Shown here piece by piece: positions 34,175 to 43,764 of a stretch of DNA of 64,000 bases (position 1 is its first letter; each line of letters opens with the position of its first letter). Both the position numbers and the translations under genes were made by a program. Under the pieces are notes generated by a model. That model saw only the letters and a program-made list of their open reading frames with translations. It ran no database searches and had not been told where the DNA came from. Origin of the DNA: a virus; the IMG/VR virus record IMGVR_UViG_3300031977_002889; one strand, written 5' to 3'.

Positions 34175-35356
34175 CTAAATCAAATTGTGTAAATTCTTAT
34201 CGTTTTCTAATAAAGCTATACACTTATCTATAGCTTTTTGGGCGTCTTGTAAATACTCTGGCCATTCACCAAAAACTTCATGCGGCTTTGGTACATCATT
34301 AGTCCAATAATGTCTTATTTTATTAATAATACTTTGTATTTTTTCTTTACCTAATAATTCATGACTTAAGTCTTCTGTGTGTTCACGTGATCTTCTATGG
34401 TATTGATTAATAAAACACTTAAATTCGTTATCAATTGCGAACTTAAAAAATTGATCTATATTTTCAGCATTAATATTTAATAATACTGCATTAATTGTAA
34501 TATTATCAGATCCAATTTGTTCTTTAAATTTTTTTACATTACTAAAAGTTTGTTTATGAGTTCCACCTACTCTAATAATTGGATACTCTTCTGGCATTAC
34601 TGTGTCTAAAGAAATACTTAACTTAAGATTATTTTCTTTACAAATTTTTTCTACTTTTTTATTATATACACTTCCATTAGTACAAACTTGAACTTCGATA
34701 TTTGGGTTAAGATTTGATATAATTTCACAAATACTATAAAAGGCTTTATGAGCAAAAGGTTCACCACCAACAAATCTAAATTCTTTTAAATGTGGAACAA
34801 ATTCTTCAAGTTCTTTTAGTATTTGATTCATATTGTCATCGTCGTCAAATACATTTTCTGGCCAAGGTCCTAAATGTTTATCTCTACCAAGCATATGTTT
34901 AGAAGACAAATAACCGAAACACATTGGACACGCCATATTGCAAAGATTTGAAATCTCCCATTCAACAATTTTTGGCCAAGAATCTGGATCCATTGCATGC
35001 TCTAGTCTTTCATCACCAACATTCCAATCATACTCATTAACAGGCGGTTGAATATCGTTTGCAATTCTGTTACCACATGTTGGATTACAACCACGATGCA
35101 TAGTTTGCTTTTCGAACATAGATTCTTGTACACTAGCATTTAGCGATTCTTCACCGAACCAATAATCTTTTAAACTAAACTTTCCACTGACCCATTTTTC
35201 ATTATGACCAAAAAAACAACATGGTTGAAGACCACCATCTCTACGAATTCGTAAATGATTAAATGGTGCATAGCAACTTATAATTTTATCTTTAAAAGGA
35301 ATTGCTCTTGAGTCTTGAAATTTAACCCAACTTTGTAAATCTATTTTATTCGACAT
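34175..35356 (-). CDS. Radical SAM protein with N-terminal SPASM/twitch-like Cys domain
   Basis: CYAPF...PCC...GC..TC; SNLCNMACPMC; FVGGEPF; TNG. Confidence 0.88.
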   Translation of the reverse strand: MSNKIDLQSWVKFQDSRAIPFKDKIISCYAPFNHLRIRRDGGLQPCCFFGHNEKWVSGKFSLKDYWFGEESLNASVQESMFEKQTMHRGCNPTCGNRIANDIQPPVNEYDWNVGDERLEHAMDPDSWPKIVEWEISNLCNMACPMCFGYLSSKHMLGRDKHLGPWPENVFDDDDNMNQILKELEEFVPHLKEFRFVGGEPFAHKAFYSICEIISNLNPNIEVQVCTNGSVYNKKVEKICKENNLKLSISLDTVMPEEYPIIRVGGTHKQTFSNVKKFKEQIGSDNITINAVLLNINAENIDQFFKFAIDNEFKCFINQYHRRSREHTEDLSHELLGKEKIQSIINKIRHYWTNDVPKPHEVFGEWPEYLQDAQKAIDKCIALLENDKNLHNLI

Positions 35357-36482
35357 ATAATTTAGGTTCTAATAATGTTATTGTTTTGTTGACTGCTTCA
35401 ATAAATGAATCACTTAATTGTAAATGATGCTTTTTTCGAATCCATTTATTTTGTAATATATCTATAACTTCTCTTCGTTGATATATGTCAACATTAGAAA
35501 CATTCCAATCAATTGTATGTTCTCTACCGTGTCTATCGTAACCGTTAATAAATGGTTCAAAGTTATTATCAAACGCATATTGAAAAAACGTATCAATATT
35601 TAAACAATTAATAGACATTAAAGTTGAGTTGATTTTAATATTATCTGATCCTAATACATTTTTAAATTTTTGAATATTGCCTAAAGTTTCAGAATGAACA
35701 CCACCAATTCGTATTTTATCGTATTCATCTTTTATTACAGTATCTAAAGACATAGATAATTTCATATTCAAAAGTTTAGCAAACTTATCTACCTTTGTGT
35801 TATAAATGCTTCCATTTGTTGTAATATCAATGATCATGTCGGGGTTTAATTTTGTCACAAGCTCAGCTATTCTATAAAAACCTTTATGCGCAAAAGGTTC
35901 TCCACCAGTAAATCGAATAGTATGTAAATAAGGAATAAACTCTTCTAATTCAATTAATAATTGTTCTAAATTTTCATCATCATCAAAAGTATTTTGATCG
36001 TATTTTTTTAAATCTTTATCCCGACCTAGCATATGTTTTGAACTTAATTCGCCCATACACATTACACATGCCATATTACATAGATTTGAAATTTCAAATT
36101 CAAATACTTTTGGCCAAGAATCTGGATCCATTGCATGCTCTAGTCTTTCATCACCAACATTCCAATCATAATCGTATATCGGTGGAGGCAATAATTTATT
36201 AATCCTACTACCACAAGATTTTACACAACCTTTACTTAAGCCACCTTCAAGAAAATCATCTTGATATTCTTCATTCACTCCACCAAACCAATAATCTTTT
36301 AAACTGGTTTTTCCTTTTTCCCATTTTTGATGAGAAGTTGAAAAACAGCACGGCATCATCATACCATTTCTTTTAATGCGCATATGATTAAAAGCGGCAT
36401 AACAAGTTATGGTCTTATGATGCCGTGGAATATTTCGTTTTTGCTGAAAAAAATCTTTTGCGAATTTTTCAATTTCAATCAA
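35346..36482 (-). CDS. Radical SAM protein, paralogue of 34175..35356
   Basis: SNLCNMACVMC; FTGGEPF; TTNG. Confidence 0.88.
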   Translation of the reverse strand: MIEIEKFAKDFFQQKRNIPRHHKTITCYAAFNHMRIKRNGMMMPCCFSTSHQKWEKGKTSLKDYWFGGVNEEYQDDFLEGGLSKGCVKSCGSRINKLLPPPIYDYDWNVGDERLEHAMDPDSWPKVFEFEISNLCNMACVMCMGELSSKHMLGRDKDLKKYDQNTFDDDENLEQLLIELEEFIPYLHTIRFTGGEPFAHKGFYRIAELVTKLNPDMIIDITTNGSIYNTKVDKFAKLLNMKLSMSLDTVIKDEYDKIRIGGVHSETLGNIQKFKNVLGSDNIKINSTLMSINCLNIDTFFQYAFDNNFEPFINGYDRHGREHTIDWNVSNVDIYQRREVIDILQNKWIRKKHHLQLSDSFIEAVNKTITLLEPKLYVE

Positions 36483-37668
36483 ATTTATAATCCTTTAGAT
36501 AAGGAGCCAATTCATATATATCTTCATTATTTTCTCTTGCAACTAAGCAAAAGTCAATCCATTGAACCATTCTTCTTTGAATGGTGCCTCGTCCAGATAG
36601 ATCTGGTTTTACACTTAAAATATTATTTACACCACTTACAACCAGTCTATCGCTTAAATATAAAGTATCATTTGCTTTTTTATAGCTTTTTAAATAGTTA
36701 AAAAAGTTATCAAGACCTTCTTTAATATGATGTTCATGTAAATATAATGGAGAACAATATTTTGGAAATGTAACTAAATTAGCCATACTAATTCTATCAA
36801 CGCCATCAACATCTTTCCAAAAATCAATCAATTCAGGTAAATGCATCCAATTATAAATTGATATTGTAGATACGATTACAACCTTTCTTCCTTCAACAGC
36901 ATGATAGCGATTAATATTATTTAAAGTTCTTTTAAAATTGCCACCACGAATCCAATTATATAACTCGTGCACACCGTCGATGCTTGCTTGAATATGTACT
37001 TCTTTTAATCTGTGTAGTAATTGAATAACAGTATTTGTTACCAGTTGAAAATTTGTACAAATTTCTACTCTACATGTGGGGTTTGTATTTGCGAGTTTTT
37101 CTAGTATTTTAATATTATTTGGATCAGCAAATGGTTCACCACCTTTAATTGTAAGATGCTGTAAACCTGGAACGATTTTTAGTATCTTATCTACATCAAC
37201 ATCAGTCATTTTATACATTTCTGTATGAAATTTATGATTCTCATCTCTCCAATGTAATCCAGATTCAACTGCCATTTTTTCATATGGAGCCCATTTATGT
37301 GAATATTTACCTGAACAAGTTACACACATTTGATTACAAATATTGCTCGTGGTAATTTCTAAAAATCGAATGGGTCGTGAATCTTTTTCAATGTCTTCTT
37401 CATATGTTGGAAACTCAAATCTATTATAAGAATCAAATCTTGCAATTCTTCCAGCTTTATGGTGTATTACACATACATCGCACTGTGGTGGATAGTTATT
37501 ATTTTTAAAATTATGACGAATCTCATCGTATACATTAGAATTGAAAAATTCTTCAACGTCATCGATATCTTTAATATGTGATACTGCTACATTGTCTCCA
37601 GCACAACATAATACAATTTCTCCTAATGGATTAATTGTTAAACCAGTTTCTGGAACTAAACATTTCAT
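36475..37668 (-). CDS. Radical SAM protein with N-terminal SPASM/twitch-like domain (probable start MKCLVP)
   Basis: LCC...CDVC; SNICNQMCVTC; KGGEPF; ASIDG. Confidence 0.88.
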   Translation of the reverse strand: MKCLVPETGLTINPLGEIVLCCAGDNVAVSHIKDIDDVEEFFNSNVYDEIRHNFKNNNYPPQCDVCVIHHKAGRIARFDSYNRFEFPTYEEDIEKDSRPIRFLEITTSNICNQMCVTCSGKYSHKWAPYEKMAVESGLHWRDENHKFHTEMYKMTDVDVDKILKIVPGLQHLTIKGGEPFADPNNIKILEKLANTNPTCRVEICTNFQLVTNTVIQLLHRLKEVHIQASIDGVHELYNWIRGGNFKRTLNNINRYHAVEGRKVVIVSTISIYNWMHLPELIDFWKDVDGVDRISMANLVTFPKYCSPLYLHEHHIKEGLDNFFNYLKSYKKANDTLYLSDRLVVSGVNNILSVKPDLSGRGTIQRRMVQWIDFCLVARENNEDIYELAPYLKDYKFD

Positions 37669-38318
37669 CGAGCAATTACCATATGACGATTCCATTCTCC
37701 ATTACTTTGTGAATTAGCAAAATCAGGAGACCAAAACATATTATCATCATTTGGCCAACGAAAAGATTTTTCAAGATCTTTATACGTTGAATGTGGATTA
37801 ATATGTGTTTTATGAGGCATATTTGTTGATTGAAGAACAACCCAACAATCTTTATCTTTTTTATTAATCATATCTTGAATAATATTATGAGGAATATGTT
37901 CTACACTAGTACAAAAAATAGCTGAAATACCTTCGTAGTCATTTTCATTTGCATTTTGTAAAGCTAATGTTTTAAATTCAATATTGTTATCTGAAAACAA
38001 TTTATATCCGAGTTTAGCACATTTAGGATCCATATCAGATGATATGATATGGTAACCTTCATCAAATCTTTTTCTAAGTTGATATGCCAATAACCCATAC
38101 CAACCTCCAATTATTAATATTTTACCAGTAGTTTGTTGTGTTACTTGTTCGTATAAATTGTAAAAAATATCCGCAGCCCATTGCTTATTTCGCCAATGAT
38201 TTACATCTAATGAATGAATAACATCTTTAATACGAAATATATCTTTATCACCATATTCAGATTCAACGTAAATTTCTTCAATTAATTTTAATGCTTTATT
38301 TAAAATCGATACATCCAA
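37665..38318 (-). CDS. Class I SAM methyltransferase-like protein
   Basis: ILIIGGWYG, SSDMDP, CTSVEH. Confidence 0.7.
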   Translation of the reverse strand: MDVSILNKALKLIEEIYVESEYGDKDIFRIKDVIHSLDVNHWRNKQWAADIFYNLYEQVTQQTTGKILIIGGWYGLLAYQLRKRFDEGYHIISSDMDPKCAKLGYKLFSDNNIEFKTLALQNANENDYEGISAIFCTSVEHIPHNIIQDMINKKDKDCWVVLQSTNMPHKTHINPHSTYKDLEKSFRWPNDDNMFWSPDFANSQSNGEWNRHMVIAR

Positions 38319-38919
38319 AATCTAATTCCTCAAATGTAACCACAGGTGCTTCTTTTTCATCTTCATACTTATATGACCATGTATAATCAAATGGAAAAAA
38401 TCTTAAAGAATCCTTAAAGTCTTCATGAATAATATATCTATCTATACCAGCATACTTGCGTAAAAAATAGTCACGATATCCTGAATTTTCAAAATGAATC
38501 CAAAGTTTGTGCAATTCTACATTATTAGCATCCCATGCCATTACAGAAGAATTTATTTTAACATCGTAATTTGTAAGACGAATTAGCTCATCGTCTTTAA
38601 AATGAGAATATAATAAATTTAAATATTCCCAATCAACATCTACTTCAAATGGATTTCCTCGAATTACTATATCTATATCAAAATACCACGTTTTACCAGA
38701 TATTGGAAACTCTTTAGAAAACATGTAAAGTTTATTCCAAACATCTGGTAAATATAAATTTTCGGGAATAGGAATTATATTTAATCCATCAACATCTATA
38801 GATTGATCTGTAAAACAATAATAATTATATTCTGGACCATATTGTTTTACATCATTATATAATTTTTCAACTTGAGTAGAATTATATTTATTACCCCATA
38901 ATACAAATAGTACATTCAT
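38296..38919 (-). CDS. GT-A fold glycosyltransferase
   Basis: VLWGNKY, CFTD, WNKLYMF, YFDIDIVI, NSSVM.W. Confidence 0.78.
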   Translation of the reverse strand: MNVLFVLWGNKYNSTQVEKLYNDVKQYGPEYNYYCFTDQSIDVDGLNIIPIPENLYLPDVWNKLYMFSKEFPISGKTWYFDIDIVIRGNPFEVDVDWEYLNLLYSHFKDDELIRLTNYDVKINSSVMAWDANNVELHKLWIHFENSGYRDYFLRKYAGIDRYIIHEDFKDSLRFFPFDYTWSYKYEDEKEAPVVTFEELDFGCIDFK

Positions 38920-39977
38920 TTTTTAAGAGTCTCTAGCTCATTCAATACTAATTTAATTAAAGAATTAACATCTTTTGCTTTACGAACTTTAGATTTAAAG
39001 GATTTATCAGAGTTTTTAAGTTGTGGTTTTGCTAATATTTCTAATTTAGATTTAAATAGTGTTTCTTTATCTGCGTCTTCATTAAAAATAGTATCAAAAA
39101 TATTCATACCATATAACTGTTGATATTTATCGTAGTTTTGTTGCATGCGCTCTTTCATTTCGTCCATTCGTGCAACAAAATCTTTTTTCAAACCAGTATT
39201 TAAATCAATACGTTCAGTTTCTACATCTTTCTTTAATTCAGTACGTTCAATTTCTAATTCTTGAGTTGCTTTAGAATGTTCATCATAGAGATCGGCTAAA
39301 CTTTCTGATGCTTGCTGTTGTTCCTTATATAATTCACCTAAAGTGCCTGATGCTTGCTGCTGTTCTTGATATAATTCACCTAAAGTGCCTGATGCTTGCT
39401 GCTGTTCTTGATATAATTCACCAAGAGTACCAGCAGCATTTTGTTGTTCTTGATATAATTCACCAAGAGTACTAGACGCATGTTGCTGTTCTTGATATAA
39501 TTCGCCAAGAGTACTAGATGCATGTTGCTGTTCTTGATATAATTCGCCAAGAGTACTAGATGCATGTTGCTGTTCTTGATATAAATCATTCAAAGTACGA
39601 GCAGCTTGTTGTTGTTCTTGATATAAATCTTGTAGATTTGACATCACGTCTTTTTGCTCTTGATACAAATCTTTTAATTGACTTTTTAAATCGTCAAATT
39701 GTGCTTGTTTATCTTTTAATTGAGAAACAGCCCAAGAATATCCACCTGCAATTTTTTCAACTAATCTTACTGAAGGATCTTCAATGCTTTGAAGTTCCTT
39801 TGTTCTTTCTTTAATTTTTTGAAGAGACCATCCACTTTCAATTAAAGATTTATAAGATTCTTTACGTGGATTTTTTTGAATATTAGTTACTAAAACATCA
39901 TTACCTTCTTTATGGGTAACTTTAATAGTTTTTTCAGTAATAAATTCAGCACTCAATACGTTTTCTGATGTAAACAT
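38916..39977 (-). CDS. Coiled-coil protein with ten 14-aa repeats (LGELYQEQQHASST)
   Basis: Repeat array inserted between domains shared with 31753..32220. Confidence 0.75.
   Translation of the reverse strand: MFTSENVLSAEFITEKTIKVTHKEGNDVLVTNIQKNPRKESYKSLIESGWSLQKIKERTKELQSIEDPSVRLVEKIAGGYSWAVSQLKDKQAQFDDLKSQLKDLYQEQKDVMSNLQDLYQEQQQAARTLNDLYQEQQHASSTLGELYQEQQHASSTLGELYQEQQHASSTLGELYQEQQNAAGTLGELYQEQQQASGTLGELYQEQQQASGTLGELYKEQQQASESLADLYDEHSKATQELEIERTELKKDVETERIDLNTGLKKDFVARMDEMKERMQQNYDKYQQLYGMNIFDTIFNEDADKETLFKSKLEILAKPQLKNSDKSFKSKVRKAKDVNSLIKLVLNELETLKK
39258..39677 (-). repeat. 42-nt in-frame tandem repeat, ~10 copies
   Basis: Recurrent tgttcttgatataattc(a/g)cc. Confidence 0.9.
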
Positions 39978-39997
39978 AATAAACCTTTATAATTTAA

Positions 39998-41149
39998 TTA
40001 AACCGTAGTATTAGGATCTAATACTAATGCAAATTGTCTTTGTACACTTACGGTTCCAATAGGAAATTCTTGAGCCCGATAGTCATTCGCATTTACGAAT
40101 CTTGTTTTTCTAACACCTGTTTGTCCAGTTGCATCTACTTCACTATCATTCATAATAGATCCCATAATATCAAGACTAGTTGTAGTAGCATCTACAACTC
40201 TATATATAAGTCTTCGTGTACCTGTACCACCATCTCCTTGAGCTATAGCTTTCATAGCCTTTAAAAGATCTGCCGCAACGTCATCAATTATTTGTATATC
40301 ATTTGTTCCTGGTTTCATAATAATTGGTTTCGCATTACCGCTATCTGCATAAGCTGATGGTGTGGCAGCATCTTTTCTAAACAACCAATAAGAAACATAC
40401 TCATAATAATCTTGAGTAGTATCAGCTGTTCCAATAGTATTTTCTGCTGTACCATCTGTATATGCTGTTTGATTAGAAAATGTATCGCGATAAATTGGCT
40501 CTGAGTTATACACTATAGTATATCCAGTTGGTGCGGTTGGTGGAACATTAATGTTACCATCATCCTTAACACCGGATCTACCAACTACTCTATATCCAAT
40601 ACCTGGAACATCTTCTGCAGCAGGTGCTCCAGAAATAGAAGATAGTCCAGCAATGTAATCAAATGCAGGATAAATGAACGTATCTCTTACATCAGCAATA
40701 TTCATAGCTTGTAAGTTCCCACTAGCTGTATAATATAACGGAAACCTTTTATTATCAGTATCTACAAGAGGGTTTGCATCTAAAGTTGCATCAGTAATTC
40801 GTAATCCACCCCAGAAAGTAGTTACAAGCTCGGGTTCGCCCGTAATTGATTCAGCTGGATAACTAGATACACTTGTTTTTGCTGTACCAGTGCGCCAACG
40901 CTTCTCATTAGGGTCTATATCATAGATACCACCAGGGTTCGATGGATCATTAAAACTATATGTACCACCAAAACCGGTACCATCGCTGTAGGCGAAATTT
41001 CCTGTGTAGTTTATAGAGATGCTAGGATCTGATCCATACGATTCAGCAAGGCGAATTACTATCGCATCAATTTCTGCTTGTGTCATTTGACGGATTTGCC
41101 AATCGTTATTTCCGTCTTGAAACATTCTTAAGGGTGTTCTAACTGCCAT
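39998..41149 (-). CDS. Virion structural protein
   Basis: MAVRTPL... N-terminus and NANDYRAQEFP.G C-terminus, recalled from marine T4-like tail regions; position in the tail module. Confidence 0.55.
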   Translation of the reverse strand: MAVRTPLRMFQDGNNDWQIRQMTQAEIDAIVIRLAESYGSDPSISINYTGNFAYSDGTGFGGTYSFNDPSNPGGIYDIDPNEKRWRTGTAKTSVSSYPAESITGEPELVTTFWGGLRITDATLDANPLVDTDNKRFPLYYTASGNLQAMNIADVRDTFIYPAFDYIAGLSSISGAPAAEDVPGIGYRVVGRSGVKDDGNINVPPTAPTGYTIVYNSEPIYRDTFSNQTAYTDGTAENTIGTADTTQDYYEYVSYWLFRKDAATPSAYADSGNAKPIIMKPGTNDIQIIDDVAADLLKAMKAIAQGDGGTGTRRLIYRVVDATTTSLDIMGSIMNDSEVDATGQTGVRKTRFVNANDYRAQEFPIGTVSVQRQFALVLDPNTTV

Positions 41150-41168
41150 GATATTATATATCCCTCTT

Positions 41169-43541
41169 TTAAGATGTGCCTGTCAAGAACGTCCTTAAAA
41201 CAGTTGTGCCATCCGAGGCATATATAAACGTTTTAGTCGTACATTCTAAAGATACACCTGGGAATCTCCATTTAGTTACATTCGCATCACCAAATGTAAA
41301 CTCATTACTTGCTGTAGCTGAAGATTTTTGAGCGTTATAACCAATTACAGTATTATTACTACCAGTTGTACCAGCAGAACCAGCTTCTACGCCAAGATAA
41401 GTTGAAGTTTGTGCTGTACCGCCGTTAGTTCCAGGACCAGAATTATAACCAATTGCTACGTTATTACTACCTGAAGTTATAAATCCACCAGCATTTTTAC
41501 CAACACCAGTATTATTAGTTGAGACTGATACATCCCATAAAGCTCTAAATCCAATTGCAGTATGACCATCACCCGTTGTTGTATCGCCAGCACCCATTGC
41601 CTCAGCACCAAGTGCTGTAATTTCACGAGCATCATTATTTGTACCAGCATCATAACCAATAATAACGTTATTTAATTGTCCATCATTATCGTTGTCTTGA
41701 TCTGGAGTAGAACCAGCATGCCAACCAATAAGAACTGATCTTGCAGGAAGGTTATTATTAGTTGGGTTATACATCTCAGGATGATGACCAATAATAATAG
41801 TAGTAGAACTATCTTCGTTTGCATTTGCTGGTATTGGAGAAGCATTATGCCCAGTTCCTGCAGTCAAAATACCACTAACGGCACCAAGTGAGTCAATGCC
41901 ACCAGCAATATCAATTGTACCAGATCCACCAAGAGAAATTTCTACTGAGTTAACGGTAATTGAAGAATTTGCAAGTTTACTATTTACAATTCCTGCTGAT
42001 GCAGAAATGTGATTATTATCAATTGTAATTCCAGCAAGATTACCTGTTCCATCACGGCCAAGAACTCTATCACCACTGACTGAAAGACTAGCGAGATTGC
42101 CTGTTCCAGCACGGGCTAAAACAGAATTGCCACTTATCGCAATATCTGCTGGGGCCCCAGCTCCAGTTGTAGCCTTACCGATTACAGAAAAACCAGCCGA
42201 GTTTCTTAATTTCGCATCAGTAACAGCATCATCTTGAATCATAGCTGTTGCTACAGGAGCAATATCACCTTTTAATACAAGTCCTTTAAGAGTACCAGCA
42301 AGTCCAGCCTGCCATGAATCTGTATTTTCATTCCAAATTAATTGAGCATTGGTTGAATTACCACGATTTACTTCTATTCCACCATTTTCGGTTGGAGTAG
42401 CAGCAGCATTAGAATTAAGTTCAATAATATTATCATCAACTGTGAGAGTTTCAGTATTTACATATGTGGTTGTACCTTTAACACGCAAATTACCTTCAAC
42501 TGTAACCGAAGAATCAGCAATAATAATAGCCGTTGTTCCAGCATCACCACCACTAATTTTTAGATCACTATCTTTATATCTTTCGAATTTACCAAATGTA
42601 GTACCTACAGTTGCACCGAATCCATCGTGTAAAGTAATATCACCAGAATTTGTACCAATTCTATTTGCATCTAATGTAAGTCCACCAATATGAGTGGAAT
42701 CATGCATTGCTTGTACAGAATCTCTTAAGAGATTAATTGAAGCAACTATTGTGGCTCCTTCAATTGGATCTTGTAATGTTGCAAGACTACCAATATTTCC
42801 GTCAGAAATACCAGCCGCAGATCTTATTTGGGAAAGTTGGCTTGAAAGATCATTTAATGCACCAACAACCGAGGTTCTATCATTAATACTATCATCAAGT
42901 AATTCTATATCACCAGTATAAGTATTATTCGCAGTGTTAAATGTTCCTAAATTTGTAGGACCTGCACCGAGAGCATGTAAAAGGAAAGTTTGGTTAGAGT
43001 CTAATTCAACGACTTTAGAATCATCTGAATCTCTATCTTGCATCAGCTGATTCATGATAGCGGCAGCTGAATCTCTATCTTGATTTAGTTGAACGATGTT
43101 AGCAGCAGCTGAATCACGATCACTATTTAACTGCATAATATTAGCAGCAGCCGAATCACGATCAGAATTCAATGTCATAATATTCGTTTCGTCAGAATCT
43201 CGATCTAACATCAATTGATTCATAGAAGCAGCGGCCGAATCTCTATCTGTATTCAGCTGCATAATATTTGTTTCATCAGAATCACGATCAGCTTTTAAGG
43301 TTTCTACTGAATCTTCTAATTCGTTAATAGCACCTTTTAAAGTTTGAGCGTCAGTATTAAGAGCTAAATTGTAATCACCGATTGAGTCATATAAAGCATT
43401 TAATACTTGAACAACGTCACTATCTAAAGGAACACTAGCATCAAGATTATCTAAATCTCCGACATGAGTACCCATAGTATTAATTTTGCTAACCATATTA
43501 GCAAAGGTATCTGTCGTAAGAACTATTTGTTTTCTAGCCAT
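41169..43541 (-). CDS. Whisker/short fibre protein: coiled-coil shaft plus YadA-head-like beta-roll
   Basis: LTTDTF....KIN N-terminus, DRDS repeats, GNLRVKGTTTYVNT.TL.V.DNIIELN, N(V/T)(A/I)IG repeats. Confidence 0.75.
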   Translation of the reverse strand: MARKQIVLTTDTFANMVSKINTMGTHVGDLDNLDASVPLDSDVVQVLNALYDSIGDYNLALNTDAQTLKGAINELEDSVETLKADRDSDETNIMQLNTDRDSAAASMNQLMLDRDSDETNIMTLNSDRDSAAANIMQLNSDRDSAAANIVQLNQDRDSAAAIMNQLMQDRDSDDSKVVELDSNQTFLLHALGAGPTNLGTFNTANNTYTGDIELLDDSINDRTSVVGALNDLSSQLSQIRSAAGISDGNIGSLATLQDPIEGATIVASINLLRDSVQAMHDSTHIGGLTLDANRIGTNSGDITLHDGFGATVGTTFGKFERYKDSDLKISGGDAGTTAIIIADSSVTVEGNLRVKGTTTYVNTETLTVDDNIIELNSNAAATPTENGGIEVNRGNSTNAQLIWNENTDSWQAGLAGTLKGLVLKGDIAPVATAMIQDDAVTDAKLRNSAGFSVIGKATTGAGAPADIAISGNSVLARAGTGNLASLSVSGDRVLGRDGTGNLAGITIDNNHISASAGIVNSKLANSSITVNSVEISLGGSGTIDIAGGIDSLGAVSGILTAGTGHNASPIPANANEDSSTTIIIGHHPEMYNPTNNNLPARSVLIGWHAGSTPDQDNDNDGQLNNVIIGYDAGTNNDAREITALGAEAMGAGDTTTGDGHTAIGFRALWDVSVSTNNTGVGKNAGGFITSGSNNVAIGYNSGPGTNGGTAQTSTYLGVEAGSAGTTGSNNTVIGYNAQKSSATASNEFTFGDANVTKWRFPGVSLECTTKTFIYASDGTTVLRTFLTGTS
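43017..43310 (-). repeat. 42-nt in-frame repeat, 7 copies (NIMQLNSDRDSAAA)
   Basis: DRDS recurs every 14 residues. Confidence 0.85.
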
Positions 43542-43550
43542 GTGTTTTAC

Positions 43551-43763
43551 CTACAATTTTTCCAATAGTGCCTTAAGCATATTTTTAATTTCACCGACAT
43601 CTTGCTTAAGATTTTCTACATCTTTCTTTGTTTCTTGTTCATTCTCTAATTGCTTTAATCTTTCAGCACGTGCCTGTTTCTTCTTAGCACTATTTATATA
43701 GCTAAACACGCCTGTATTTTCATCTTTTACCAAGTCTGGTCGACCTTCAACTTTTTTAACCAT
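43551..43763 (-). CDS. Small conserved coiled-coil protein of marine T4-like tail modules
   Basis: KVEGRPDLVKDENTG....N...LKQDVGEIKNML. Confidence 0.7.
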   Translation of the reverse strand: MVKKVEGRPDLVKDENTGVFSYINSAKKKQARAERLKQLENEQETKKDVENLKQDVGEIKNMLKALLEKL

Positions 43764-43764
43764 A

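Noticed and set aside
32214-37695. 7-deazaguanine (QueE) or anaerobic RNR activase pathway
   Set aside because: No queC/queD/folE/dpdA or nrdD here, and the domain architecture (N-terminal Cys domain, B12-binding domain) does not fit.
39258-39677. CRISPR-like regularly spaced repeats (also 5195-6070 and 43017-43310)
   Set aside because: Units are multiples of 3 nt, in frame within genes, lack unique spacers, and no cas genes are present.
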